A DNA stretch of 64,000 bases from Podarcis bocagei (GCA_964188305.1 OZ076897.1), one strand, 5' to 3'; positions 50,641 through 62,544 are shown, counted from the first letter of the stretch. Numbers and translations: made by a program. The notes: generated from the sequence alone by a model not told the origin.

Positions 50641-50709
50641 TGCGGGAGTGGGGGCAAGGAAAACTTTGTCCGCGTCTGGTGGAAATGTTGTAAAGCAAAG
50701 GATTTCTGG
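50641..50709 (+). mobile_element. Decayed L1 ORF2 zinc-knuckle fragment
   Basis: Translates as CGSGGKENFVRVWWKCCKAKDFW, resembling the C..C....GT..H.WW.C.K...FW motif of non-mammalian L1. Confidence 0.5.
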
Positions 50710-51329
50710 TGTTATAGTGGTTACATTGCTAGAATATATTTTATTCTATGAGTATTAGAACCTATTGGATCCTTGGGTTTTTTTCTATTGAGCTATATTT
50801 TTATATTGAGCTATAATTTTATCTTGTAATCTGCTCTGAGATCTTCAGATGAAGGGTGGTATACACATTAGATGGATAGAAAATAAAATATCCCATAAGA
50901 CAAAGGCATCAAACCCAAGGTTGTTTTTTTATATTATGACACTCAGTAGGATAATATATGTGAGAGCCTGGAAAAACATCCAAAAGTGAAATAAAATGGA
51001 TCTTGTAAGGAAATGATGGGAACAACCTAACAGGCCAGGAAGCTCCTGACTCCTTGCCCTAATCTTGGACTGTTTAGGATGGAAGCACGACTTCTGGTTT
51101 AGCTAGTCTCGCCTTTCCTGTCACCTTGATACACACATGTTATCGCTACACTTAGGGAACTACCAGCCACATTTAAACTCTTGTTACATCAGAAGCCCAG
51201 AATAACCCTGCACCAGGTTTACTTGCCCATATACAGATGTGTAAGACCGCTTAGATCATCTGGGGATATTATACTTGTGGCAGATTATACTGAAGAATAT
51301 TAGTGGCATCCTACAGAATATCACAGAGC

Positions 51330-51612
51330 AGTTCCCCCCAAACAGGCATTTTGCACCATTGCCCCTGTACTCTGGAATGCCCTTCCTTCTACAATCATCC
51401 ACCAGTTTTCTGATATCTTCTAAATATGAGGAGGGGGGTGTTTCCAGGCTTTCCCTGACCTGTAAGACTTGGACCCTGTTATTACTGCCCATATACTATT
51501 GTTTTGGTTTCATATTTGCTCTTATTATACTGCTTTATTGTTTTTACATCGCATTTTTGCATACCACTAAGAGATCTTTAAATATTAAGTGGTCTAGGAA
51601 TACTTCTAAATA
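51330..51612 (+). mobile_element. Old L2 3' fragment
   Basis: caggcattttgcaccattgcccctgtactctggaatgcccttcct (AF..IAPVLWNALP). Confidence 0.6.
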
Positions 51613-52229
51613 ATTTTTTAAAAAAGGATTTACATTTTCAAGAACTCAGAAGAAATCTTCCCGCAGCTATTGCATGCACGCGGCCCGTCAGAGAAGCACC
51701 TACCATGTTCTCATTCACATCGTGTTAAAGGAATAGTTTGACATGTGAGCTGCTGATGGCTCAGACATGCTGGGCGCTTTCTCGGCAAAGAAAGAAAAAT
51801 GCTTTCCCTTCCCCAGCTGGGGTTCTATTTGCATACAGGTGTCATGAGGCTCCCTCTCCGAATAACGCAGCACAATGCTGGTTTCAGATGTCAGGATGCG
51901 AGGATGAGGGCAAAGGCACAGCAGAAATGGCTTGCAGCTAGTTATGAGACCCGGAGGTCAAGGCCATTAACTCGCGTTTGGGGCCAATTGTCACCAGGTG
52001 TCCCAGAAGCTCATTTGGTTTAATGCTTTGAACTGGGATGCCAGACTTAACGATTGGATTGATAACCACCCTGTGGGGAGGCTGAATCTACTCCCTAGGA
52101 CATAATGACAGAGCTCTCTGGTGTGTGTGGAGGGGGGAGAAGGGTTCGCCATACCGCCCGCCCCCCGCCCCATCCTTAGCAGAAACCAAAGCAAAAGACT
52201 CATCAGCAGCAACAAGGAGTGGAAGAAAA

Positions 52230-52315
52230 ATAGAATCCTAGAATTGTACAGCTGGAAAGGGCCTCCGATGATCATCTAGTCCAACCCCCAGCAACATAGG
52301 AATCTCAATTAAAGC
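52230..52315 (-). mobile_element. CR1 3' tail
   Basis: tagaatcctagaattg...tggaaagggcc...atcatctagtccaaccccc. Confidence 0.72.
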
Positions 52316-52419
52316 TCTTGGAGAGTCTGCAATTGGCCACATGCCAGGCTGTGTCCACCTGCAGGAAGATTAAATCAAACCTCCAGCCACACAGAATAAT
52401 CTCAGGAGTGCCGTCAAGC

Positions 52420-52941
52420 CTGTCAGGAGTAAACATGGACCAATGGTACCAAACAGTATGGGAAACAGCCTTACTAGAAAAATTAACCAATAAACTGAAA
52501 CTGACACGGGGACAAATAGAAGAAGACGCCTTCTTCTTTATCAAATACACAGCCCAACAAGACAATGACAAAAATCCACCAGCAGCATACAAATCAATAT
52601 GGCTAACCTGATCCAAAACACCCACCCACCGCACTCACACACGAAAACAAAGACCACCACAGCCAACCACAAATGAACAACCGCACCCTAGGCCAACCCC
52701 AACCTCTCTCACCACCAAAGGAACACAAGTGAACAGCAGAGAACCTGCACAAGCAACGCTGACACCAAACCCCACATATATTAAGTAAAATAGAAACATC
52801 GCCACGTGACCCCACCCCACCCATCTTTCCCCCCCCCACCTCTTTCCCCCTTTTCTTCCCAATGTCTCAACAAATGAAACTGATTTGTAAAAATGTTACA
52901 TGGGGGGAAAAATATATGAGAGAGAGAGACATTAAAAAATA
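52420..52941 (+). mobile_element. 5'-truncated L1-clade LINE, second copy
   Basis: LSGVNMDQWYQTVWETALLEKLTNKLKLTRGQIEEDAF...; near-identical to 8289-8847; flanks agtgccgtc(a/c)agc at 52407-52419 and 52942-52954. Confidence 0.85.
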
Positions 52942-53344
52942 AGTGCCGTCCAGCAGGTAGGCATCTCAGAATGCGTTTTAGAGGACAAGATGCTGTCACG
53001 CCCGCTTCCTTGCGTGAGGCTTATTTGGGTTCCTTTTGCTTGACAGCAGCATTCTTTTCCTCATCCAACAAGTATGTTATTGCACATTTATGGGAGTGAC
53101 TCTCCGTGCTGAATTTTGGACCTTTTTGACAATGCTTGTTGACTGATACTCCAAACAGCTGAAATTTATACATATTGATGCAGCTAATGCATCAGTAACT
53201 ACAGTATCCCTGTCATTCTGATCAATTCAGTTAATGGAGTTATAACCAATTCCTAGTGCACACTTCACTCTATAAGAAATAGCTATTTAATGGGGGAGAG
53301 TGTCGCACAAATATTAAGAAATCTTAGGTTTGTTATTATATTTT

Positions 53345-53560
53345 TTCCCCAATAATGTTTATTAAGTTTCTTACAAATATAACACATACTCAAAAACCAA
53401 TAAAGAAAAAATAAAAATAAAGCAAATAAAGCAAATAACAACGAAAGATATAACAACAATTACACAAATACAATGCAAATTAATAATTGACTAAACTTCC
53501 AACCTCATAAACCTATTACTTGACTTCCTCCAATCCCTCCCATCTGAATTTCCTTGTAAC
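53345..53560 (-). mobile_element. Probable L1 3'UTR/tail
   Basis: tttattaag poly(A)-signal complement, A/C-rich tract and gacttcc...ccctccc block typical of squamate L1 ends. Confidence 0.45.
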
Positions 53561-53896
53561 TAAAAGTAGCAGTTATTCTAAAAGTGACTGGATTGAAATG
53601 TAACTTTGAACAGAAGGAGGAAATGGATAGCAGGACACAGAATAATGAACCACAAAAGTATTTCTATATATATATATGGCAGCTATGAAGGTGGCCAAAT
53701 TTAAAGAAAGATAGGGTTCGCCACAACTCTGCTAATTAGTCTGCTATAGTCGCTAGAGTATTGGATTTGGCTGAGGGAAACCTGAATTCAAATCTCTGTC
53801 TGTAGGCAAACCTCACTAGATCAGTCCCTCTCAGCATAGCCTCACAAGATTGTTGTAAGAATAAGTCCTCTGAGGACGGATGTGAGTTGATTTAGG

Positions 53897-54080
53897 GAAG
53901 GGCTGCAACCCAGTGTTAGAGTATCTGCTTTGCATTGTATCTAGGTTCAATCCCCAAGATGTCCAGGTACAGCTGTGAGAAACCCCTGTCTGAAACATGA
54001 CAGAAAGGCTGCCAGTCAGTGTAGACATTACTAAGTCAAATGGGCGAGTGGTCCAACTCAGTGCAAGTTTTCTATGTTTG
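53897..54080 (+). mobile_element. tRNA-derived SINE (same family as 3075)
   Basis: gaagggctgc...tctgctttgcat...ggttcaatcccc...gctgccagtcagtgtagaca. Confidence 0.75.
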
Positions 54081-54570
54081 TTTCACTGCAAAAGTTACTA
54101 AGAAATCTTATAATAAACAAATAATAGAGGAAGGCTGTGATACATTTTTAAAATTAACCCCCCTTGTTTTAAAAATGTATATCCTGCCTAATTTCGAAAG
54201 AAACTGTTACATCCAAACATTACACAATATTAAAATACCTCGCAATCGCCATTCCTGGCTCTAATCATAAGATCAGAACATTAAGGTGCAAAGCCTAAGC
54301 CACCACCATTTCCAAAACAACCATTAAAATGGAAACATAAGAAATAAACATGACGGGGAGACTAAATCAGACAGACGCCTTTCTAAAAAGCCCTGGTGAC
54401 GGAAGCCTGGCACAGGGTGCGAAGGTCTGACAAGACAGATAAATAATTGTTATGTAGATCAAGGCAACATAAGAAGAGACCAGCTGGATCGCCCTAAGGA
54501 TCCATCTTGACCAGTATCCTTTCTGCCCCCAAAGTGATCTTCAGAAGCACAGCACCTTTGGATGTGCATT

Positions 54571-54825
54571 AAGAAGAAGAAGAAGAGGAGTTTGGATTTG
54601 ATATCCTGCTTTATCACTACCCAAAGGAGTCTCAAAGCGGCTAACATTCTCCTTTCCCTTCCTCCCCCACAACAAACACTCTGTGAGGTGAGTGGGGCTG
54701 AGAGACTTCAAAGAAGTGTGGCTGGCCCAAGGTCACCCAGCAGCTGCATGTGGAGGAGCGGGGAAGCGAACCCGGTTCCCCAGATTACGAGACTACCGCT
54801 CTTAACCACTACACCACACTGGCTG
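54571..54825 (-). mobile_element. Young Squam3-like SINE with (CTT)n tail
   Basis: Minus-strand head agccagtgtggtgtagtggttaagagcgg...ccgggttcg; (aag)n on the plus strand at 54571-54586. Confidence 0.85.
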
Positions 54826-54830
54826 TGCTG

Positions 54831-54969
54831 CAGGGCTGGGGAAGCTGTGGGCTCCCACATGTTGTTGGACTCCAACTCCCATCATCCCTGACCACTGGGC
54901 CAAGATGCCTGGGGCTGATGGGAACTGGAGTCCAACAACACTGGAAGGGCCACAGCTTCCCCTTCCCCT
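54831..54969. mobile_element. Older hAT palindromic MITE
   Basis: cagggctggggaagctgtgg...ccacagcttccccttcccctg; related decayed copies near 25313, 33170, 36354, 48765, 57375 and 57853. Confidence 0.72.
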
Positions 54970-55589
54970 GGTATACCGCCAAATTATCATGGATAGAGCT
55001 GTCCACCTCTATGAAGTTGTCCAATTCCCTTTCAAGAATAGCATAATAAATCTTGTTCTATCAGAGAAAATGCATGCATTGTAACAACAGAAGTTTATGT
55101 CTTAATAAATGTATTTGTCTTTTAAAATACCACAAGATCCTTTTTAGAGCTCGCTCTCTCCTTCCGGAACAACAGATCTAACAGAGCTGCCCTTCAAGAA
55201 ATCGTTACCAGGCAAGAGGAAGGCACGGCCACTCCTCACCCATGTGAGCCACAGGTTAAGTGAATGACTATATTTGCCTCATGCATCTGCTCCTTTTGCC
55301 ATTAAAATTGCTCACCGCCCTTAAATAATTGGGACAATGCCGTGCTTCCATATTCAGAACTGCTCCCGTCTTCATGCTTAGTCAGTTTCCTCTGATCGCC
55401 TCCTCCACCACAATGTCAGTTTTGACATACACCACTAGAGGGTACTCTTTGTAAGTTTCTGGAGTAAAGAATAAAACACACTCCTCCAAAAAAAATATCC
55501 AGGTTTCGAAAGAGAAGAATATGCTTGTGCCATCTCTGAAGGCAAATTCTGCCGTTTCACACCCAATCTTGCACTTGGGGTTTAGATTA

Positions 55590-57002
55590 CAGTGGTACCT
55601 CGGGTTAAGAACTTAATTCGTCCTGGAGGTCCATTCTTAACCTGAAACTATTCTCAACCTGGAGGTACCACTTTAGCTAATGGGGCCTCCCGCTGCTGCT
55701 GCGCGATTTCTCGTCTCATCCTGAATAATAATAATATAATAATAATAATTTATTATTTGTACCCCGCCCATCTGGCTGGGTTTCCCCAGCCACTCTGGGC
55801 GGCTTCCACAGAAACCAAAAAACACTAAAATATCATACATTAAAAGCTTCCCTGAATAGGGCCGCCTTAAGATGTCTTCTGAATGTCAGGTAGTTGTCCA
55901 TCACCTTGACATCCGATGGGAGGGCATTCCACAGGGCGGGCGCCACCACCGAAAAGGCCCTCTGCCTGGTTCCCTGTAGCTTCGCTTCTCGCAATGAGGG
56001 AACCGCCAGAAGGCCCTCGGCGCTGGACCTCAGTGTCCGGGCAGAACGATGGGGGTGGAGACGCTCCTTCAGGTATACTGGGCCGAAGCCGTTTAGGGCT
56101 TTAAAGGTCAACACCAGCACTTTGAATTGTGCTCGGAAACGTACTGGGAGCCAATGTAGGTCTTTCAAGACCGGTGTTATGTGGTCTCGGCGGCCGCCCC
56201 CAGTCACCAGTCTAGCAGCCGCATTCTGGATTAGCTGTAGTTTCCGAGTCACCTTCAAAGGTAGCCCCACGTAGAGCGCATTGCAGTAGTCCAAGCGGGA
56301 GATAACTAGAGCATGCACCACTCTGGCCAGACAGTCCGCGGGCAGGTAGGGTCTCAGCCTGCGTACCAGGTGGAGTTGGTAGACAGCTGCCCTGGATACA
56401 GAATTGACCTGCGCCTCCATGGACAGCTGTGAGTCCAAAATGACTCCCAGGCTACGCACCTGGTCCTTCAGGGGCACAGTTACCCTATTCAGGACCAGGG
56501 AGTCCTCCACACCAGCCCGCCCCCTGTCCCCCAAAAACAGTACTTCTGTCTTGTCAGGATTCAACTTCAATCCATTAGCCGCCATCCATCCTCCAACCGC
56601 CTCCAGGCACTCACACAGGACCTTCACCGCCTTCACTGGTTCTGATTTGAAAGAAAGGTAGAGCTGGGTATCATCTGCATATTGATGGACACCCAGTCCA
56701 AACCCCCTGATGATCTCTCCCAGCGGCTTCATATAGATGTTAAAAAGCATGGGGGAGAGGACGGAACCCTGAGGCACCCCACAAGTGAGAGCCCAAGGGT
56801 CTGAACACTCATCCCCCACCACCACTTTCTGAACACGGCCCAGGAGGAAGGAGCGAAACCACTGTATAACAGTGCCCCCAGCTCCCAGGAGCCCCCAGCT
56901 CCTGAAGTAAAGTTCTTAACCTGAGGCACTATTTCTGGGTTAGTGGAGTCTGTAACCTGAAGTGTCTGTAACCTGAAGCGTCTGTAACCCGAGGTACCAC
57001 TG
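55590..57002 (+). mobile_element. Tc1/mariner MITE, family A, split by an L2 insertion
   Basis: Left half 55590-55725 and right half 56900-57002 rebuild ctcatcctgaag.aaagttcttaacc; TA on both outer sides. Confidence 0.93.
55726..56899 (-). mobile_element. Young 5'-truncated L2 LINE; uninterrupted RT/C-terminal ORF (55833-56825)
   Basis: RT motifs GVPQGSVLSPMLFNIY and YADDTQLY, L2-type SRLDYCN and HITPVL..LHWLPV; short 3'UTR and (tat)n tail; 7-bp TSD tcctgaa at 55719-55725 and 56900-56906. Confidence 0.96.
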
Positions 57003-57499
57003 TACTTCCGCAACAAATAGATTCATGTCGCTATTTTATTACATCAATATATACTTTAAGGAGACAGTGCTTTGGCACCTCTGCCAGGCAGCAAGATCAA
57101 ATGTTAAGCAGTAAGTTAGCTTATTGGAGGGCTGAGCTAAATGTAACATTGGCTATCCATGAGATCTCCCATCTTTCTCAGTTAAGGGGGGGGGGGGTGA
57201 GAGGAAGAGAGCGCTTTGGGAGCAGACCCATGTGGCTGGAAGTGAAGAGATTTATCCTTTCAGCAATATCAGTTTATTGACCTGAATTCCTACCCACCCA
57301 CCCCCACCCCGTCCCCCAAGCTGCTGCTTGCCCTCAAAAGAAAAACATTCAGGCACCAACAGTTTGTCTTACGGCAGGAAGAGGGAGCCACTAGCCCTCC
57401 AGATATTGCTAGACTCCAATTCATCTTCCCCAGGGAACACGGCCCATGGTCAGAAATGATGGGGGCAGTAATATAACTCCTTGATGGACCAAGCGTCTT

Positions 57500-57624
57500 T
57501 TGACAATATGAGATTGCTGCTGTTTTTGTTGTTCTTATGTATTCTGTGTTTTTTATATTGTAATTTTGTGTTGTGGACCGCCCTGTGACCTATGGGTAAA
57601 GGGCGGTACACAAATTTAATAAAT

Positions 57625-57678
<54 letters not shown>
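57500..57678 (+). mobile_element. L2-type 3' end with (ACA)n tail, inserted in a decayed hAT MITE
   Basis: accgccctgtgacctatgggtaaagggcggtacacaaatttaataaat followed by about 17 aca units. Confidence 0.7.
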
Positions 57679-59794
57679 GGCGTTTTAGTCCAGCGACATC
57701 TGGGGAGCCCCAGGTGCCCCATTCCTGCTCCAAATATTTATTCTGCTTTGCTAACTCATTATGGTAATTACCTTGAACAGCAGATAAAATAAAGGCTACT
57801 TCAGAAGGCACATCGATTCAGTAATTATATGAGTGCTCTAAATGATTTGCTCAGCCTTCCCTGAAGTATTGCCCTCCAGATGTTGTGGGACTTTAACTCT
57901 CCCAGCCAGCAGGGCCAATGGTCAGGTAACAAAGAAAGATCCCTTGTTGAGTCAGGTCCTTGGTACATCTCATACAGTACTGGGAAGGTCTTGGAGACTT
58001 GCAACAGGATGCCATGATCCACAAGGACAAGTGTTCCTATGTGTTATGGTGTGTGGATGATGATTTACTAGTGAAAGAGAGGAGCCTTTTCAGAAGTATC
58101 CTCGTTATAATCTCAATGTGACCTCTGTGTCTCAGGGATTTTGAAGGAACAGTGAGGTCAAGAGGCATATCTACAGCATCTCAAATTATACACCGAGCCA
58201 AAAATGACATGTCATTTCTTCCCCTCAAATAAAGGAAGTTGTAGGTTTTCCAACAAAAAAATACATTATTCCGTGGAAGGAAGTAGGATGCTGAATAGAC
58301 CAAAAAAAAGAAAGTGGAGGAAAATGATATGTCTTTTTGATGACTCAACTACTTGTTCAGAAGCTGCCAGGCAGCCTCCAGCTTCCACACCTCCAGCATA
58401 GACAGAATAATGAAACAAGACAGATTTTCTAAGCTATATCTCCCTTTTAGTTTGGAAGCCATCAGGAAACTGCTGAAGATAAAGAGCTTACTTGCACCAC
58501 AGATCTGTTTTTTATTTTTTTATTATTTATTGAACATATATCCTGCCTTCCCTCGAGCCCAGGGCAGCAAACATACAGCATTTCAAAAGAGAAACAAAGC
58601 AAAAGCTTTCTAAAACAGTCAAGACACTCTTAAAAACAAATAAAATTAAAATATCCAAAAGCAGTTGCAGTCTTCTCTCCATCTAATTAAAAGACTTTGG
58701 ATCTTTTCATAAAACCCTATTCAGGTCTTCAGAAGCAAGCGGTATTTGGAGGGGTGACGCGAGGGAGGAGAACGAGGCCAAGGTCACTTGTCCCTTATTC
58801 CCACACCACCACTGCTGCATCCTATGTGATCCACTCCTCGGTGCTGTGTATAGGTTGAGGCTACCAAACGGGCATAAGCAGGATGAAATCTTGGGCACTC
58901 AAGGCTTCTTCATGCTCACAGGGCTTGTGTGTGCATGTGGAAGGCTGCCCCGCTGAAGATCCACCTTCCAACCACTGGAAGGGCGCAGAGTGTGGGGATA
59001 TGCCAGAGTATGCTCACACTCTCACACAATTATCTCCGTATGTTTTTGAACATCTGAACAGCATTAGTGTGCTGAGTTAACCTGGAGGTTAAAGTTGCAA
59101 TCCCATGCACGCTGACCTGGGAACATACTCAACTGATCATGCGGACCAGCTACCGCTAAAATCTCAACAAATCCAGTGTAATGTACAAACATGTGTGCTA
59201 TTGGAACGAAAAAAATGATTTCCTTGAAGACAAAACCAAGACTGCAGCCAGACGCAATTCCTAAGTCATATAGGTTGCTGCTACAATTATTTTGTGAATA
59301 ATACAGTTATATATTATTGTTGTCAATGTGAACTAACTCCATCTGAAGCACAATCAGTAGGACGTCATTGATGTTACTGTGTCTGCCACTAATAAACCTT
59401 CCACTCTCCCTCTCCAGAGAGGTTAAATGTGACATAGAGTAAAACAACATAAAACTCCACACAGGAGCATACATGAGATAAAACAAAAGTAAATAGTAAA
59501 AATGGAGGCAATACATGTCAGAAAGAATTGATAGACTCCCAGCTCAGGAACTCCACCACAGTTGACTGAAATGGCTTCCAAGTAACTTGTCCTGAGGCTG
59601 GAAGCTTTTATTGCAAAAGAGACCACCCTCCAAATCACATACCAATTACTTCTTTGTAACAGAAAGCTTGCTATGTCTTTCACTTTCTAATACCTTTATG
59701 GTATGCGACATTAAAGTGATCATTGATCAAAGTGAGCTTTTTTTCTTCACTCCAAACATCTCAAATTCCACTGAAGAAATGGTAGCTGCTTTAC

Positions 59795-59910
59795 CTTCAG
59801 ATCGATGAGTAGACAAAGGCGTCTGCGTCTCCTTGGAATAGGACACCACTTCCCGAGGCAAGAAGTCCACCTGGGTGATTTTTGACACGCCCAGTTTGTG
59901 TAGGCGGCGG
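59795..59910 (-). CDS. DYNC1I1: DYNC1I1 internal coding exon (116 nt, equivalent to mammalian exon 6); light-chain binding region
   Basis: ttgttctag|C CGC CGC CTA CAC...TCT GAA G|gtaaag = (G)[38 protein letters not shown]; contains the Tctex1/DYNLT site ([11 protein letters not shown]) and the LC8/DYNLL TQT motif (SKETQTP). Not captured by the ORF track. Confidence 0.97.
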
Positions 59911-59983
59911 CTAGAACAAGCAAACCAAAAGGCTGGGTTAGGTACTGGAGTATGCCGTCAAAAGCGCTATGGCGCTCAGTCAT

Positions 59984-60355
59984 GAACACAAGAAGCAGCC
60001 TTATAGTGGGGTCAGACCATTAGTCCTTCTAGCTCAGCATTGTCAATGCTGACAGGAAGTAGCTCTCCAATGTTTCAGGCACTGTACTTCTCAGTAGAGG
60101 CAGATTTAGGGGAGCACAACCAGTTCAGCAGCACTCCAAGCATCGGAGGCACTGCAGAGGATGTCACAACTATTATTTAGAATGGAGGATGAGAAGCGGA
60201 GAGGGGGTGGATTCTGGCGTTGCACAGGGCGCTGTGAAATTTGAGACCCCAAGGTCTGCCACTGTTTCCAGCCCTACCTGGAGATGCTGGGGACCAAACC
60301 CAGAAGCTTTTGCATGCCAGGCCTTTGCTCCACCGCCGAGTTAAGTCCCTTCCCC
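59984..60355 (-). mobile_element. tRNA-derived SINE with a ~170-bp DNA-element insertion (about 60095-60264)
   Basis: gaagcagccttata...ctagctcagcattgtc...|...ccagccctacctggagatgc; insert has ggcagattt / ggtctgcc ends. Confidence 0.7.
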
Positions 60356-60767
60356 AGTTCCCACAGGATGTGGGTTTTTTTCCCTTAGGAGCTTAACTTT
60401 GCTTTCTCTCGCGGGGGTTGACACTGATGCTGCAAGCTAGAAAAGTGCTGTTTCTACTCCGTTTTGCTTTAAATCGAACTTTCAGCAAAAAATAAAAAAT
60501 AAAAATGACCTGGCAGTATAGCAGCCACTATTGCTAGTGCTGCAACTCGTCAGTTTTTGAGAAAGGATTTCATAAACGCTCCCAAATGACTCTTTTTCAC
60601 AGCTCTGAATTTGCCACTGTGCATTAAGGCAATGCACACTCCAAAGCATCAACCACAGTCTGTTCGCAGGATGTGCGAAGGGCGTCATCCAACCTTGCCA
60701 GAATCTTTTACTGCTGGATTCTAAGAGCTGAACCAGACAAGAAACCATTCATGCAATCGGGCATGCG

Positions 60768-60960
60768 GGGAAAGTGCTGTAAATTTGGTGGTGGAGCACA
60801 TGATCTGCATACATAAGGCCCCAGGTTGAAACCCCAGCTTCTCCTGTTATGGCTGAGATTGCCTCATGCCTGAAACCCTAGAGAGGTGCTGCCAGTTAGT
60901 GTAGGCAATATGAGCTAGATAGACCAGTGTTCTGACTCAGTACAAGGCAGCTTCCTGTGC
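60768..60960 (+). mobile_element. tRNA-derived SINE (same family)
   Basis: gcctgaaaccctagagagg.gctgccagttagtgtagg...ctgactcagtacaaggcagcttcct. Confidence 0.75.
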
Positions 60961-62135
60961 AAATTATTTTAAAAAATAAATCGCAGTGCAGGAACACCCC
61001 CCCCCCGCTTTCCTGATCTGTGTCAGGGCCCCCATGCCTTCCCCTTACTTTCTTCCCCCCTCCAAAAAAAAAATGCTAACTTTTGTGAACAGCATTATGC
61101 TTGGTTTGTCCTTAATAATCAAAAGATAAAAACAGAAGTTGCTTGACATTCTTAGGATAACACTGGTAATGATACTGCAGTCCTGTCCTCAAGATGGACA
61201 GGATATTTCTTGCACTACTTCTCATATTGTGAGCCTATACATTATTATGTGGAAGCAAATATCCCTGTATAAAATGGGGCTCGTTCCCAAAGTAGGTGTG
61301 CACTGGGCTGCAGTCATATTCTGCTCCTCGCCCACCACTAATCCAATAAAAAAATAATTTATGTATGTAACCAATACCTATCCAAAGGCAGTTTTAAGGT
61401 TATTTGTAACACAACCCAAACATAATCTCAGAGTGGGGAAGCCCGGGTTCAAATCCCAGCTCAGCTATGAAGCAAACTTTGGGACAGTCACCTCTGCTCA
61501 ACAGAAACAACCTCACAGAGCTGTTTCTGAGCCCTCTGGAGGAAGTTCAGTGCAAAAATATTACATCAATGTATTATATATCATGGTACTGAAGAAGCCA
61601 ACGTTATGTAAATTGTATTAGCTAATTTATTGGCTGCAACTTTCAAAGGGTTAATGGGCTAAAAGGAAATAGAAATATGATTGATGTGATATTAATAAAA
61701 TACTTTGAACAATGAACAAGTAGGGGAAATCTGGGGGCTGCTGGTGATGTGAAAGACATACATGTTGATAGCACACACCTACAACATGCATGTTACTGTT
61801 TCCACAAACATGCTTTTCTAACATTTCATCTCCAGTGAAATGAAAATGTTTCTTTTGAAAACATCAAGAGCGCACCGGACCCTGGATGTTTTCACTAGCC
61901 AGAAGTAGTGACCATTTTCAGAAAGCTTCGCTTCCGTTTTTCTCAGAAGAAGACGGTCCTTCCCCCAAAAAATTTAAAGACAAAACAAAAATAAGAGTAC
62001 TGAATGACGCTGAGGATTTGGCACACACATACACGCAAGGAGAAAGCTGACCAAGGAAGCAACTTCAACATAACCAGTGCAAACAAAGTCATAGTATAAC
62101 AAGAGGGAAAATAAAGAACGAGAGTGGACATATAC

Positions 62136-62195
62136 CCAAGTTCAGAGTCAGACTGAAGCTGCAGCACTGAAGGGTCTGTGTCCCACTGCAGGGTC
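62136..62195 (-). CDS. DYNC1I1: DYNC1I1 internal coding exon (60 nt cassette, equivalent to mammalian exon 5)
   Basis: Minus strand gctag|G ACC CTG CAG TGG GAC ACA GAC CCT TCA GTG CTG CAG CTT CAG TCT GAC TCT GAA CTT GG|gtatat = (R)TLQWDTDPSVLQLQSDSELG, identical to the recalled vertebrate IC-1 peptide; phase 2-2, joins the next exon in frame. Confidence 0.97.
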
Positions 62196-62544
62196 CTAGC
62201 GAGGTTATCAGCAGCACAGCACAAGGGGAGGAAGAAGAACACACAGAATTAACTGCAATGACGGGCTGCAGGGAGAGGAACAAATCACTTCGTCGTTTGC
62301 CTTATGCTGTAAAAGCACAGAACACAACTCCAAAAGTACAACAGAGAAACACAGGCAATATCACAGAATATCTACTGTCAGACAAGAGCAGGTAATTCCA
62401 TCAAACTCTCTTTCTCTGTCAAAACTGGAGAATGTTATGCTAGCAAGGACAAGAGGCTTCCGACTTTTGCTCAGCTCTGCTTCACTTCAAAAACAACCAC
62501 CCTGAAAGACAAGGTAGGCCTCAGCTGCTTAACTGATGAATATA

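Larger units (their letters stand above)
4457..59794 (-). other. DYNC1I1: 55,338-bp phase-1 GT-AG intron of DYNC1I1
   Basis: Defined by donor gtaaag at 59794 and acceptor tttag at 4457; the flanking exons encode contiguous IC-1 sequence (...THRSE|EDEDDEE...). Confidence 0.92.

Noticed and set aside
55894-56661. Plus-strand ORFs of 126, 62 and 85 aa
   Set aside because: Antisense shadows of the GC-rich L2 ORF2.
61943-62242. 99-aa ORF as a standalone gene
   Set aside because: Only the central 20 codons are real (the DYNC1I1 exon); the rest is intronic read-through.
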